A stretch of DNA of 64,000 nucleotides, from the NCBI GenBank assembly GCA_964270895.1, contig OZ185436.1, one strand, 5' to 3'. Positions within the stretch are counted from its first letter, which is position 1, and each line of letters begins with the position of its first letter. The DNA comes from Podarcis filfolensis (taxonomy: Eukaryota). The translations under genes and the position numbers were made by a program. This document shows positions 13,263-25,266 of the stretch, piece after piece. Below the pieces are notes generated by a model that worked only from the letters and a program-made list of their open reading frames with translations, did not search any database and was not told where the DNA came from.

Positions 13263-14723
13263 CTAACAATTAAAATAAAAAAAATCATGCAGTGAAATAG
13301 TACAGTGGTCACAATATAGCAGAGTGGAAGATTACATTGAAGAAATTACATTTAATTAAGCTGCAAAATATCACTAGCACAGACTTGGACTTTTTTTGGG
13401 AGGGGGGATTTGTTTATCTATTAACCTGCAGGCTGCTGAGAGGCAGAATACCAGCAACCCACTTAAATATCATGAGGCCTACTCCACCCTTTCTCCGTCC
13501 CTGATATATTGAGGGGCAAAGGTAGTTCATTTAAAAATAAGTTATTTGTGGTTTATGGCAGGCTGCTGCAGTAGTGCTAACAGCAGTCCACACCAAGGAA
13601 ACAGTTCTCCACTCATTCCTACCCACATGCCTTCCCATTGCCAGAAAGGGAAGCAGTTCCTCCAATAAGGACTTGCAGAGGTAAATAAGCTGAAGTCTGG
13701 GAAACTGAAGTTGTGGCTTAGAACTTGGAGCTGCACATGGAGCAGGTGAATTCATTCCTCCCTTCTATAGTTTCAGAATGGGACTTGGCATTCCAGAACC
13801 CCAAAAGACGAGCTGAGAAATTATTTGAAAGTATTTATTGAGCATTAGTTCCTAGTTTGGGACACTGCATAATTGTCTACAAATCAGCTTGCAAAAGAAA
13901 AAGATCCAAGTGTGTTGGAAGTTGGTAAGTTACATAACAGGGCACCAAGTATAGTGAGGGTTTATTATGATTTGAAATATAAAGGTAAATTTATACCAGA
14001 CTTCTGTATAAGTTACTTATTTTTTAGTCTGACCTAATAGTCAGTTACCTATTAGGCCTATAGCTGCTCCATGCATGTACAGGGCAGGGACAAAGAGGCA
14101 GTAAATTTCATTAACCACAATTTGAGACTTGAGGATTATTTTATTGTCTCCAGAGCATTACAGTTATCATTCTAGTGAGTAGGCATCTGATAACATCCAT
14201 GAAAGCTTACACTACAGTTCCACAGGACTCTTATGCGTTTGCTGTAACATATTAAAGTTTTTTGTTACTTCAGGGTTGGAGATTTAACAGGTTTTTAAAA
14301 CCAGCCCTTTCAAGGCAACAGTCTGAAATCTGCAGAGGCACATCAGTCAATTACAAATACTGTACATACAACAGCTCCCAGCAGTAATGCCACACAGTGT
14401 CAATAACAAACAGTAATACTGTATAGCCTTTGACAAAGAAGTGGATGTTTTATTGGTTCCTCAAACTGCCACTGATAAATGTCCTCTATATACCAGTGCT
14501 ATATATTTACATAGCATTATAGACACCTCCACCCTTGCTCTTAAAAGCTCAGAACTGGTTATAACTTTTTACCTCGACCAGACATGATGCTGTCTTCCCT
14601 AATCTGCAATGTGTTGTGAACTTTGTGCAATTAATATCACTCTATCATGAGATTAAAGTGTATTTCCACTCTGAATTAAGTTGGTTGTTGCTCCCATTTC
14701 TATTATTATATTTGTATGTATGA

Positions 14724-14724
<1 letters not shown>

Positions 14725-14750
<26 letters not shown>
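14725..14750. repeat. (CT)n microsatellite
   Basis: Read directly. Confidence 0.9.
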
Positions 14751-14755
<5 letters not shown>

Positions 14756-15149
14756 TCAGCATAACTTTATAAAGCTAGACTGGACAAAAATATAGTATGC
14801 AGTTAGAGACCACATAAGATGTTGTAGACTCTCTTCCTATAACAAAAAAGAAGCAAAATCTCTATCTACGTGGGTTTCCACGCTAGAAACATAAGACATA
14901 AGTACTGTAGAGGCAACATGCTCTCATTTCAACTATTTTTAAAAAACCAGTTATAGTTATTATAAGTTACAGTGAATGCAGTTTGTGTACTGCTAAAGCA
15001 CTGCTCATCTCCAATGATGGGTGGCCTGAAAACTGCAACCAAAAGCCTCCACAAACCTTTCGCAGCTTTTGCTGCAGCAGCTAGCTATTAGATCAACACC
15101 AACAACATCTGAGATTATTCTCAGGAAAGGGCAAACACAGAGAAATGCA

Positions 15150-16500
15150 GCACATCGAGGCAATCCCACCCCTCACCCCAGCACAACTCACGCTTTTGTC
15201 AGTATCCAGCTTCAGCTTTTTCTGGGAGATGCTCTTCTGGATCCTCTTGCTGAAGGAGGCATTGCCAGCCGGGCGGACGCAGCGGTCCCCGTCGTCGATA
15301 AGGCAGCAACTCTGTCCGTAGAAAGGGGTGGTGGGAGGCCCATCCCGACTGTCTTCCTCAGTGCTGAAACCATTCATCGCAGCCTTCCCCCAGCCCCGCG
15401 GAGAGAAAGCGAAGGCAGGCGGGCAGAGACCCTCCCCGCCTCTGGGCTACTTCGCCCGGGTTTTGCGAAGCCCCCCCCCCCCGCGCCTCCTTCTGGCCTA
15501 TCCGACCCTGGGCTTATCCACCTGCCTTAAAGGGACATTGCAAAGCAGGCTGTCAGCAGGACACTTCCTCCCCGCGCCCCTTTTACAGCCTTTCTCAGCT
15601 CCCCCCCAGGAAACCTCCACCTTTTCCTCTCTCTCTCTCCCTCCCCCCACGTCGAGTGTGTCACACCGCGAGGGACCCACAAAAACCGTCTGTGGGGCAG
15701 CCGCCCCTCTCCCCGCTCTTTTACGAAACTCACTCTCTTTCCATCCTCGGACCACAAACGCCCTTTCCGACCACACCGCACCCCCCAACCCCCCTTCGTC
15801 CTCCCCGGGACTCTGCCCCGCCGCCCCTGAGGGGGACACTCGCCTCCGCCCTGCCGCCCCCCCTCCACCGGCCTCTTCCTCACGGCCTCTCAGAGAGCAA
15901 CTCCTGACAGGCGACCCCCTCCCTCCCTTGGCAACAACAGAAGCGGGCGCCGCTCAAGCTCCCTTCACTCGGAGACACCCCCCCCCCCCGCTGTCGGCAG
16001 CCTCGTGAGGTGGAGGTGGCCGTTGCTGCCTGCCCTCCGCCGCCCGAGCAGGGAGAGCCGGACCTCCCCCGCCTTCCCGAGGGAGCCAGCGACTGACTGC
16101 TCTCTGCTCTCTTCGCCTTCTCTTTACTCTCTCTCTCACACACACAAAAACCTGCCCGATCCGCCTCCTCCACCTTAGCCGGAAGTCCCGTCTCCCAGCA
16201 GCCATTGGTTGCTCGAGTGCGGAAGGCCGGGAACTGTTGTCGCCGCACGCACGGCCTATTGGCCGGAGCGGCTGTCCGTTTGCGGCGATAGGCTGTTTCC
16301 TGCGATGGGGGCGGTTGCTAGGAGAGTGTTTGAAGTCCGCACATAGAATGAAAGCGGAGGGGAGGGGAGAGAGGGAGGCTGGCAGGGCGGAGGGAGGAAG
16401 TTTCGGATGCAGCTCCGAAGCCTGTTTTATATGCAGAGTGAGGGGGAAAAACAACTTACATCAGAGTAAACACGCTTAAGGTTGCGCTGCTTAAGACCTA
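15150..16500 (-). promoter_or_regulatory. SAP30L: CpG island: SAP30L promoter and long 5' leader
   Basis: High GC and CpG density; ETS motif CCGGAAGT at 16179-16186; two CCAAT boxes (ATTGG at 16204-16208 and 16258-16262); GGGCGG boxes near 16310 and 16387; TATAAAA on the minus strand at 16431-16425. TSS not determinable (probably about 16150). Confidence 0.8.
15192..15377 (-). CDS. SAP30L: SAP30-like protein, coding exon 1 (62 aa; N-terminal zinc-finger region)
   Basis: Encodes [62 protein letters not shown], the vertebrate SAP30L N-terminus; ends at donor AGC|GTGAGT, phase 0. Confidence 0.97.
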
Positions 16501-16614
16501 ACCCGAAAAAGGAGCGCCTTGTAACAATTTAAAAAGCCGGTGGACTGCATTGGGTGGATTTAATATTGTACATAAATACACTTGGTTGAATAGGACCCTG
16601 AAAGTCATCTAGTC

Positions 16615-16750
16615 CAGGCATAGGCAAACTCCGGCCCTCCAGATGTTTGGGACTACAATTCCCATCACCCCTGACAACTGGCCCTGTTAGCTAGGGATGA
16701 TGGGAATTGTAGTCCCAAACATCTGGAGGGCCGGAGTTTGCCTATGCTTG
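16615..16750. mobile_element. hAT (Charlie-like) palindromic MITE with perfect 8-bp TSD
   Basis: 58-bp inverted arms with 2 mismatches and a 20-nt loop; TSD ATCTAGTC at 16607-16614 and 16751-16758. Confidence 0.92.
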
Positions 16751-17032
16751 ATCTAGTCCAACCCTGGGCAGCGCAGGAGTCTGCGTTAAACCTGTCTCTG
16801 TCTTTCACAGGCACCACAGCAATCTTTGTCAGTACTAAAACAAGCCACGGACTATTCCTATCCCCTCTTCTGGATGCTCGGATCTGCCGCAGCTGGCGAG
16901 AAAGGCAAGTAGGAAAAGGAAAGGAGTTGAGGCGGCGCGAGTGGGGTGGATCCGAGAGACCCTGGTAAGGAAAGGAAGACGACTAGGGTATGTGGGTGGG
17001 TGGGAAGGGCGAAACTGGGAAAAGGGAAAGGT

Positions 17033-17172
17033 CATGGGCGTAGCCAGGGTGGTGGCAGCTGCCCTCCTAAATCAAGTTAAATAAATAAAAATACTTAGTT
17101 AACCGTAACTGACCAATTGCGTCGCAGATAACTCGGTTCTGCTCCCCCCAATAAATCCTGGCTACGTCCATG
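17033..17172. mobile_element. hAT-like MITE (140 bp)
   Basis: TIRs CATGGGCGTAGCCAGG / CCTGGCTACGTCCATG; degenerate 8-bp flanks GGAAAGGT / GCGAGGGT. Confidence 0.75.
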
Positions 17173-18159
17173 GCGAGGGTGTTAAAAGAACTGGCGGGGG
17201 CAAAAATTCTGGAGAATTTGGAGTAGACAAAATTCCGAGCCCCATGGGGACCCCAGGACAGGAAGAAGTAGGTTAGGGTCCGGGAAATCAGGGAGCCCGA
17301 GGTCGGAGGCACGCTTGGAGCTGGAATCAGGAACAGGCAACCGAGACAAATCCGCCCGAAAAGTCTTAATTAAGAGCTGGTAGTTCTCCAAGAATGGTTT
17401 TATTCTTGGATTAGGATTGGCTAAATGATACAGAGAGCGGATTGCCCACATAACAGGATACTGATATAAATGTTCGCAGAGCTCCTCTGAGTTTAAATAG
17501 TGTGGGCTTTTGAGATTTCGAAGGGGATTTTTTTTTTTTAAATTGCTCAGCATTTTCCATGGACTGCATTTAACCTGCATAATCCAGCAGAGGGCGTCAT
17601 CATTCCATATATAAGGAATATAATCTAGTATTATTATTAAATAGAAATCAACAGGTAAGAAAAATGTGTGTTTTCAGCCCTATGATCTTTGTACTATGGT
17701 GTACTATGGAATTATCTTGTTGCCAATGATGTTCAACATCTGTATGAATCCACTGGGATCCGTCATTAGGGGTTTGGGGGCAAAATGTCATTAGTACACC
17801 AATGAAACTCAGTTCTATTTATAACATCTGAGTCAAGAGAGTCTCGCATGATCTGGACCATTGTATGGGTGAGTGGTGGACTGAATGAGGGCCAACAAAC
17901 TTGAGTTTTGGCTATAAGTTGGTGGGGCGAGAAAAGCTTTGACTCCCTTCCTCAACTGCTAGTCTGGGTAGACCAGACATGCCAGAGGTTCTGAGCAGCT
18001 GCCACCACTCCCCCTTAGGTTACCTCTAAACCCAGACAGGAGGACTTTCCCGGGATCCAACGGGGAGCAGAGATACCTTTCTCTCACCCTAGACCAAAGT
18101 AGCCAGCTTTTTTCAGTCAAACACCATACATGTAGCATGAACCAAATGTCTATGCACAT

Positions 18160-18545
18160 GAGGGGCTGGAAACTTCATAAGGCTCCTAATATCTTGGGCC
18201 CAGGATACTTTGATCGCAATGCATTATATCCTTGCCTGATCACTGAGGTCGAAGAGAGTTGCTGTCAGCAGACCACCATGATTCAGATGCAGGGCTTTCA
18301 TCTACCAGAGCTGCACATTCAGTATTGTGGAGCCAATGCTGTGGACCCCTCTTCCTCTTGAGTTCAAACCTATTGTACTTCAGGTACCTGGTGAATTTGT
18401 TCTTTTTTTGGAGTAGGGGTTTTAAAAACAAGCCTTTCTGATTTTATGGTGAATTTAAATGATTTTATCCATTGTATCTCTAACTTCATTGTTTAATGTT
18501 AGACACTGGTTTTAAGCGGAATAAAAGTGGAATAAAAAATAATGT
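18160..18545 (+). mobile_element. Degraded L2 3' fragment
   Basis: ATTCAGTATTGTGGAGCCAATGCTGTGGACCCCTCTTCC = FSIVEPMLWTPLP, a decayed AFSVVAPRLWNSLP motif, followed by an AT-rich 3' UTR. Confidence 0.5.
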
Positions 18546-18549
18546 ATTG

Positions 18550-18960
18550 CATTTGTTAGTTGATAGATACAAAACAAGAGAAGTCTCAAAGCAACTTAAA
18601 ACACAGATAAAATCAATTAAAAGCCAAATTTTAAATGACATACAACATTTGTAAAATGCTCATCCAATAAGACAAGATAAAGTCCTGCCCCACTAAAATA
18701 GTACCAGAATAAAAGCTAATTTAACAATCAAAGCCTGGATAAATAAAAATGTCTTGGCCTGGAGCCTGAAAACCAACAATGATGGCACCAGACATGTTTT
18801 GCTGGGGAGAACATTCCACAGATGGGGAGCCACTATTGAAAAACTTGTTCTTATGTAGTCACCTTCCATACTTCCCTTGGAGAAGGCCTTTGTTGAAGAC
18901 CACAAGGTCTCAGATGGTTCATGTGGGGAGAGGCAGTTCTTGCAACTCACTACACCCCAA
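18550..18960 (-). mobile_element. Degraded L2 3' fragment
   Basis: ORF track 18693..18950 contains RTSFSIVAPHLWNVLP...FRLQAKTFLF, the L2 C-terminus. Confidence 0.7.
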
Positions 18961-20750
18961 CTCTCTAAGTCTCATGTTTAAGTATAACAAATTTCAGAAA
19001 ATATACTTGATGTTTTTAAAAAAGTGATAATGTCTGCAGTAGTCTGGTCAATGTCTGCAGTAGTCTGGGATTTGAAGCTACTGGAGAGTACATTTTGGAA
19101 GGCAATATGATCTCAGGACACTTTTCAAAACAGAAGATATCCACATAAAATGCTTTGGTTAATGCAAAACAGAAGACTTCCAAAGATGTTCAGAAAAAGA
19201 CACAATACAAATTTATTTTAAATATATTATAAAAGAAAGTCCATTCATCTCTTAGAAACACTATACCTTACACCCAAATGATTTCCAATTTATCAAAGAT
19301 TCTAAATTAAAGTGCTAGACATCCTTTACCTCCCCCCAACACAATAGGACAGTGTCCTGAGATGCACAAAATAAATACACTGGTTTATGCTGCAACATCC
19401 AATTTCAAACAATCTGTTAAGCATGCATTACAATGTTGAAACAAAGAGTCCCTGTATAACATCATCTCAAAACATAGTTGGCCACTTGATACTATTGTTG
19501 GAAGAGAGATGGTGTTTTCCAACATAATCCTTACCATTTCTTCTCAGAAGTAAGGCTTACTGAAGTCAATGGGCTTACTCCCAGGTAAGTGGTGTTACGA
19601 TTGCAACCTTAGCCAGTTAGCTTGATTATACAATGCAATGTCATTAACTTAGTTAATATAATTTTATTTAGGATAAAAAACTCCTACCTATTTGCAACAA
19701 TGGAATGTGCTTGCATGGTGCTAGCCTAATCAAATTGAAACTGGAAATCTCTGGGAGACTACAGAAGCACTATTAGGATGGTCCTGAACAGAATGCAGGT
19801 CAAAAAGCCTTTTATGAATAGGTAATGAATTTTTATCTAAAATGTCATCTTGTTCCATATATGATTACATGTGACATCTTAGAAATCATATAGAGTTTAT
19901 AACACTGAGACCCTAGAAAAATCTAAAGCCAGACTACATGTGAGCATTTGCAGCTACACTTCTCTACCTCCCATCACAAATAAAGCAATTTGTATCAGAT
20001 ATAATTTAAAAGGTTTATTTGGGAAGACGTGCTAAACCCTAACCACTCACCCTGTCTTCAGAGCATCTCCTTGGGGGCTGTCCCCCCATGTCACTTTTTG
20101 CTCATCTAGGCTCTGATATAGGAAATGAGCCTGGCTGGGAGTGGCGGGTGTGGGGAAGGTTCAGCGCTTTCTCTTTCTCTCTGCACACAAACTCTTTCCA
20201 CAGGCTTTCACAGGTACACTCTTTTTGTTTTAAGACTCCCTTCCCCATTTGTTTGCTGCCATCACATCTAATTTTGGACATGGTTACCCACAAAGCAGAA
20301 GCAAATTCACAAAGTTGAGAAGACACCTCTATGCTGTTAGTATCTTCCAGACACTTTCCAGTGAAATAAAATTGGTGGAAAATGCCTCAATGTTTACAGC
20401 AAGTTAAGGAACCTTCTAGAACTCTTCTTCATATCTGATAGGGTGCCCAGAAGGACTCTGCAGCAAGGCTTTTGAGCATTTCTGTACATGCTAAGCAGCA
20501 AGTCCTGTTGAAATTAGTAGGAATTCAGCTAGTTTTGATATTACAGTATATTAAAAAGCTAATCAGACTGCTTACACTAGTTTAGACTGTCTTAAACCAG
20601 GGGTGGTTATATCCATGTTAGTACTGTGAGTAGTTCTATGAAACATAAAGCAAACTATTGTAAGTCTTCTGCTCTTTTCAGATGTGGTTTTTTTTTTACA
20701 TCACAGCTTCATAGCAAAAATCTAATCAAATTGCGGTATTGTTTTGATGA

Positions 20751-21076
20751 TATTATTATTATTGTTTCCCCAGCCACTCTGGGCGGCTTCCAACAGAATA
20801 TTAAACACAATACAGCATCAAACATTAAAAACTTCCGTAAACAGGGCTGTCTTCAGTTGTCTCTTAAAAGTAAAATAGTTGCTTACTGCCTTGACATCTG
20901 CTGGGAGGGCGTTCCACGGGGCAGGTACCACTACCGAGAAGGCCCTCTGCCTGGTTCCCTGTAACCTCACTTCCTGCAGCGAGGGAACTGCCAGCAGGCC
21001 TTCGGCGCTAGAACTGTGTCCGGGCTGGACAATGGGGTGGAGATGCTCCTTCAGGTACACAGTACCGAGGCCGTTT
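20751..21076 (-). mobile_element. L2-clade LINE 3' end, same subfamily as 38192-38559
   Basis: Encodes YLKEHLHP...QRAFSVVVPAPWNALPADVK; (AAT)n tail. Confidence 0.85.
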
Positions 21077-21358
21077 GATGGTGAAAATATGTCTTTTTAT
21101 ATATCCCACGAATCCTTGTAATGATAAAGCCACTTGTGTCACACCACTATGGCCTACAGGAACACTGTACTCACACATTGTCCTGATAGCTAACCCTTCA
21201 ACTGCTTGGGATATGCTGTATAGAGGCTTTTGGGTCAAACTCTTCTAGGTGTTTGCTCCGTTGAGTGAAACAGATACCATTGTGAAAAAGGTATTCAAAC
21301 ATGTATGAGTGTGGAAACAAGTTGCTTTACTGCTTCTCTGTTATGATGCTAACTAGAT

Positions 21359-21497
21359 CAGGCTTCCTCAATCTCGCCCCCCCCCCCGATGTTTTTGGCC
21401 TACAACTCCCATGATCCCTAGCTAGCAGGACCAGTGGTCAGGGATGATGAGAATTACAGTCTCAAAACATCTGTAGGACTGAGGTTGAGGAAGCCTG
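21359..21497. mobile_element. hAT palindromic MITE, same family as 16615-16750
   Basis: CAGGCTTCCTCAATCTC ... GAGGTTGAGGAAGCCTG ends; internal CTACAACTCCCATGATCCCT ... GGGATGATGAGAATTACAGTC. Confidence 0.8.
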
Positions 21498-24400
21498 GAG
21501 TAGATATTGACAAATATTTCTAATGAATGACCCGTACATTTATGGAAGCTACCCTGTTGATTTATTTTGATATTGCAGACTATTGGTGGAAGACACTGCA
21601 TGGTGAACCTTGTATGCTTGTATGCCAACATTTGGGATCAGGAGCCACTTACGAAACTGTCAGAATCGGCCATCAGGGGTATATAGGGATGCTCATTCAT
21701 GTTCTTTACACCATTTTCGTTTTGAGTAATGAAACTTAGCAACTGGTTTTCTAAACCAAGACCATAAACTTTCCATTCTACAATATGAACTTGAAATTGG
21801 ATATTTAAACACAAAAATCTTCCTAAAACATCACTAATTGCACATTGTACTGTACTCTTGTACATCCAACCCACTCCAGTCCAAGGCACTAGGAAATTGT
21901 TCAAGTTTAGGTACTTGCTGAACATTTGCATTTAAAAAGGCACTTCTTTATTTTAATGATGCTATTAAATTTGATTTTGATAACATTACTTAAGACCACA
22001 AAAGGTGTATGTTTGAATGCAAGAATTTTTTTAAACCAGATGGGGTTATTTCCTGCAGCCAAGATATTCAGATGGCTTTGAAGGATTCAGATAATATCAC
22101 TGCTAGCAACAGACACATTTCAGTCCACACATTTCAACCAAACCATTGAAAACATTTAGATTTTTGAATTGAGATGCCATGCTGAAATCACTACAACCAC
22201 GAAGGGAGCCATTTCACACAAACTGCTTGCTCAACCTACCCACCTTCCCCCCCACTACACTCTCTTTGATCCATCCTGTGGAGCTGCTTCTCAAGCAGCA
22301 ATTATGCTGAAATCAAAAGTATAAATCAGGCCTGACTGGAACAAAACACGGACACCCAATGTGCATGTTAATACTGTGCACACTGCTTTCCTCCAAAAGC
22401 CTCAGTGTCAGCACAACTGAACAGTTTTTTTGCTTAGCACAAGGAAGTTGAGGTCAAGTAACTGAAGTGTGACCAGGAATCTTAGCTACACATCCTAAAA
22501 TATTCAAGAGCAAAGTATTTTTAGTTTTGTTATCTGACACACTTATCATGCATGCAAATATGGTTTTATAGACTCATGCTTTAGTTATTATGAATAAAGC
22601 AGAAGATTAATTAAAGATAAAAGTAGTAAAATGCATTTTCATTTCTCAACCAGCAGGTGGCCTGCTAACAATGCTTTCAAACCATTGCCTGGGGCTTCCA
22701 GGATTGAATGCATTACTTATGTGCAGAGATCGCCACTCAGCCAGAGTTAAATATGTTTAAGATATTTTGTAACTTGACAAATATTTATATTGCTGCAGAG
22801 AGGAAGCTCTTAAGAATATTTTAACATCTGGCTTTTGGTGTTTGGTTTCAGCAGGTTAGTAACAATCACAGAAACTTTCCTAGAGCAACATAGTAAAGTG
22901 TCTGAGATTGCAAGATAAAAACTCCCTAAATTAAATTATCACCTCAATCATGAACTTGTTAGACAGCCTTGCACTAATACTGGTCTACTTTGCAGGACTG
23001 TTGTAAAGATTACTACTGCATGAACGCTAAAACATTACAGAACTTCAAACTCAACCTATGTATTGACTATTCAGCTTAATTACGTTTTCACCCTGCCTAG
23101 ACAATGGCCTTCAGTTTTATTGCAGAGAAAACATTACAGGGAACAAAAAGATGATGGGAAGTAAGTAGAGGGGTATGTGATTCTGCAGCGAAACGGGGAA
23201 TATGAAATCTGAATTAATGGCCTTTTAAATTTTTAAATTCCAGTTACTTTGCCATCTGGTTAGTAGCTCACTGCAAACAGCACTAGTTCTTAGATGTATC
23301 ATTAACTGAAGGTGTACTAGCTTGCTAAATTAGACACATATTACTTTTGATGGAAAAACATAAGGATGACTGGAACAAACTAGGAGCAGAAAATTCAGCT
23401 AGCATGGGATCAGAACTGAGGTGAAAGAAATTAGCGTTGGAAGAAATAAAGGAAAGAGGTCATGACCAGCAGTCTATATATGCACAAGGAAGTCTTCACA
23501 TCCAGAACAGCTCTTTCCTTTCATATTAGTGTCCTTAACAGGAAATCCCTGCATGTGGATTATTTCCCTTAACTGAACAAAATAAATAAATCTAAGTATG
23601 AATTGATCTTCTGAGTGTACCATGAGCCATTGTTTTGATAACCAGTGACAGACTAGTGAGGTAGAACTGGAAGAGGCAAATTAGCACCTGTTAACACATG
23701 GGAAGGCATTAAAAACAATCCTCTAAAAATCCCCACAGGAAATCATCTATCACTAGTGAAATTTTAAAACAGATCTCAGCCTGAGTTGAACAAAAATGCA
23801 GGTTTAACTACGTCAAGAAAAACTAATGATATCAAGGTCTAACTGAAGCCAAGAGAATTGTGCTGTAAAATATTTTGCCCAATTCACTAACCTAAAAATA
23901 TTGGGCAATGGGAAATGCTGAGTAAAACTGCAGCTAACACAGAACTGGGGAGTTTGTAAATTCAAATTTGTGAATATAAAAAACTGACAGGAATCACACT
24001 CCAGTTATTTTCAATGAAGATTTTAAAGATGATCATTTAAGTCACTTGGAATGAGATGCAGAGAGGCCTAAGCTGTGAAAGATGCTGCACTGTATGAATC
24101 CTTTACTTTTGTAGAGCACTGCAGTTGTCATTTTATTGCAGGATATTGTTGTGCATGCAGTCCCAGGTGTGGCTGGATGTTATAAGTTGGTTTAACAGGT
24201 AAGTTAACAGGTAAAGTTAAACACTAAGAATTTCACTGCAATCTTAAAACATACTTATTTGGAAGTCAGTCTCACCCATGTTACTGGGGAATTAAATTTC
24301 ATGGAGTGATCTTAGAATTTTAGCCCTAGTTCTGTTTGTATAACTGGGTCTTTTGAGTTCAAGTCATATGTCCATGAACAGGTATATTATCCATGACTCA

Positions 24401-25266
24401 GCTGATTTGCCTAACTCAGGGGTCTGGCAGAGGATCTGTCTGGTGGGTGGGATCCCGAATTCCCCTCCCCTCCCAGGTAGACTACTTTGACAGGTGGGTA
24501 GGGCCACCCACCTGCCAATAAGTTGACATCGGCATGTCAGGCAGCCCAGCTTCAAATGAAAGAATTGGGAGTGTACTCCAAGAGCCTTTCTGACTCTTTT
24601 CTTCCTATGTTTGAACTCAAGCTGGGCCTCAAAGGAAGATGCCTGTTGAAAGGCGCTTGCATTCAACTTTTGACAAGGATTGGCTGCAGCTGGAAGTTCC
24701 TCATGCAGCTAATCCCCATGGGATTTGTAGTCCAACAACTGTAAACCTCTCTCTTGGTAGGGAACGGCTCTATTCAAGAGCTCCAGTGCAATGAACAACT
24801 TCATGCCACCAAACTAAGGGTCAGTGTAAAAAGCGAGTGCCAACACTGCTCTTAAACCATCTGGACTGGAGATATGCATTATCATAACACTAATCCTTGG
24901 CTGCTGTATGGATCTATGGGTTTGGCTTTGAGACAATGTGGTGCAGAATTCATGACAGTTGCACATTACCCTTATGAAAAATACACGGGCTTAGATGTGA
25001 CTTTAATAGCTGAAAAACTAGAAGATTATGAAAGGATACGGTCCTGCATTAGAGAACTAGGTTTCAATCTGTGGTGTAATTATAGCAATATAGATTTCTA
25101 GACATCTTGTTAATGGGATGCAGCATCATCAAAGTAAAGACTGGCCTGATAGTCACACCCTCTCCTGAGATTTTCCCTTTTATTGTTTTTAAAAAATTAT
25201 TCTTTTAAAAAATTTGTCATCTCCCCTGTAAAAATTATAGCTGTAATATATACATATAGATAGTCT

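Noticed and set aside
15069-16479. Long ORFs on both strands over the SAP30L CpG island (for example 226 aa at 15328..16008 +)
   Set aside because: Pro/Ala/Gly/Arg-rich translations typical of stop-poor GC-rich DNA; most begin at non-ATG codons and show no recognisable domain.
19030-19068. Short tandem duplications (here AATGTCTGCAGTAGTCTGG x2; also near 8162, 12472, 30577 and 43030)
   Set aside because: Ordinary slippage duplications of 13-25 bp with no link to exons or promoters.
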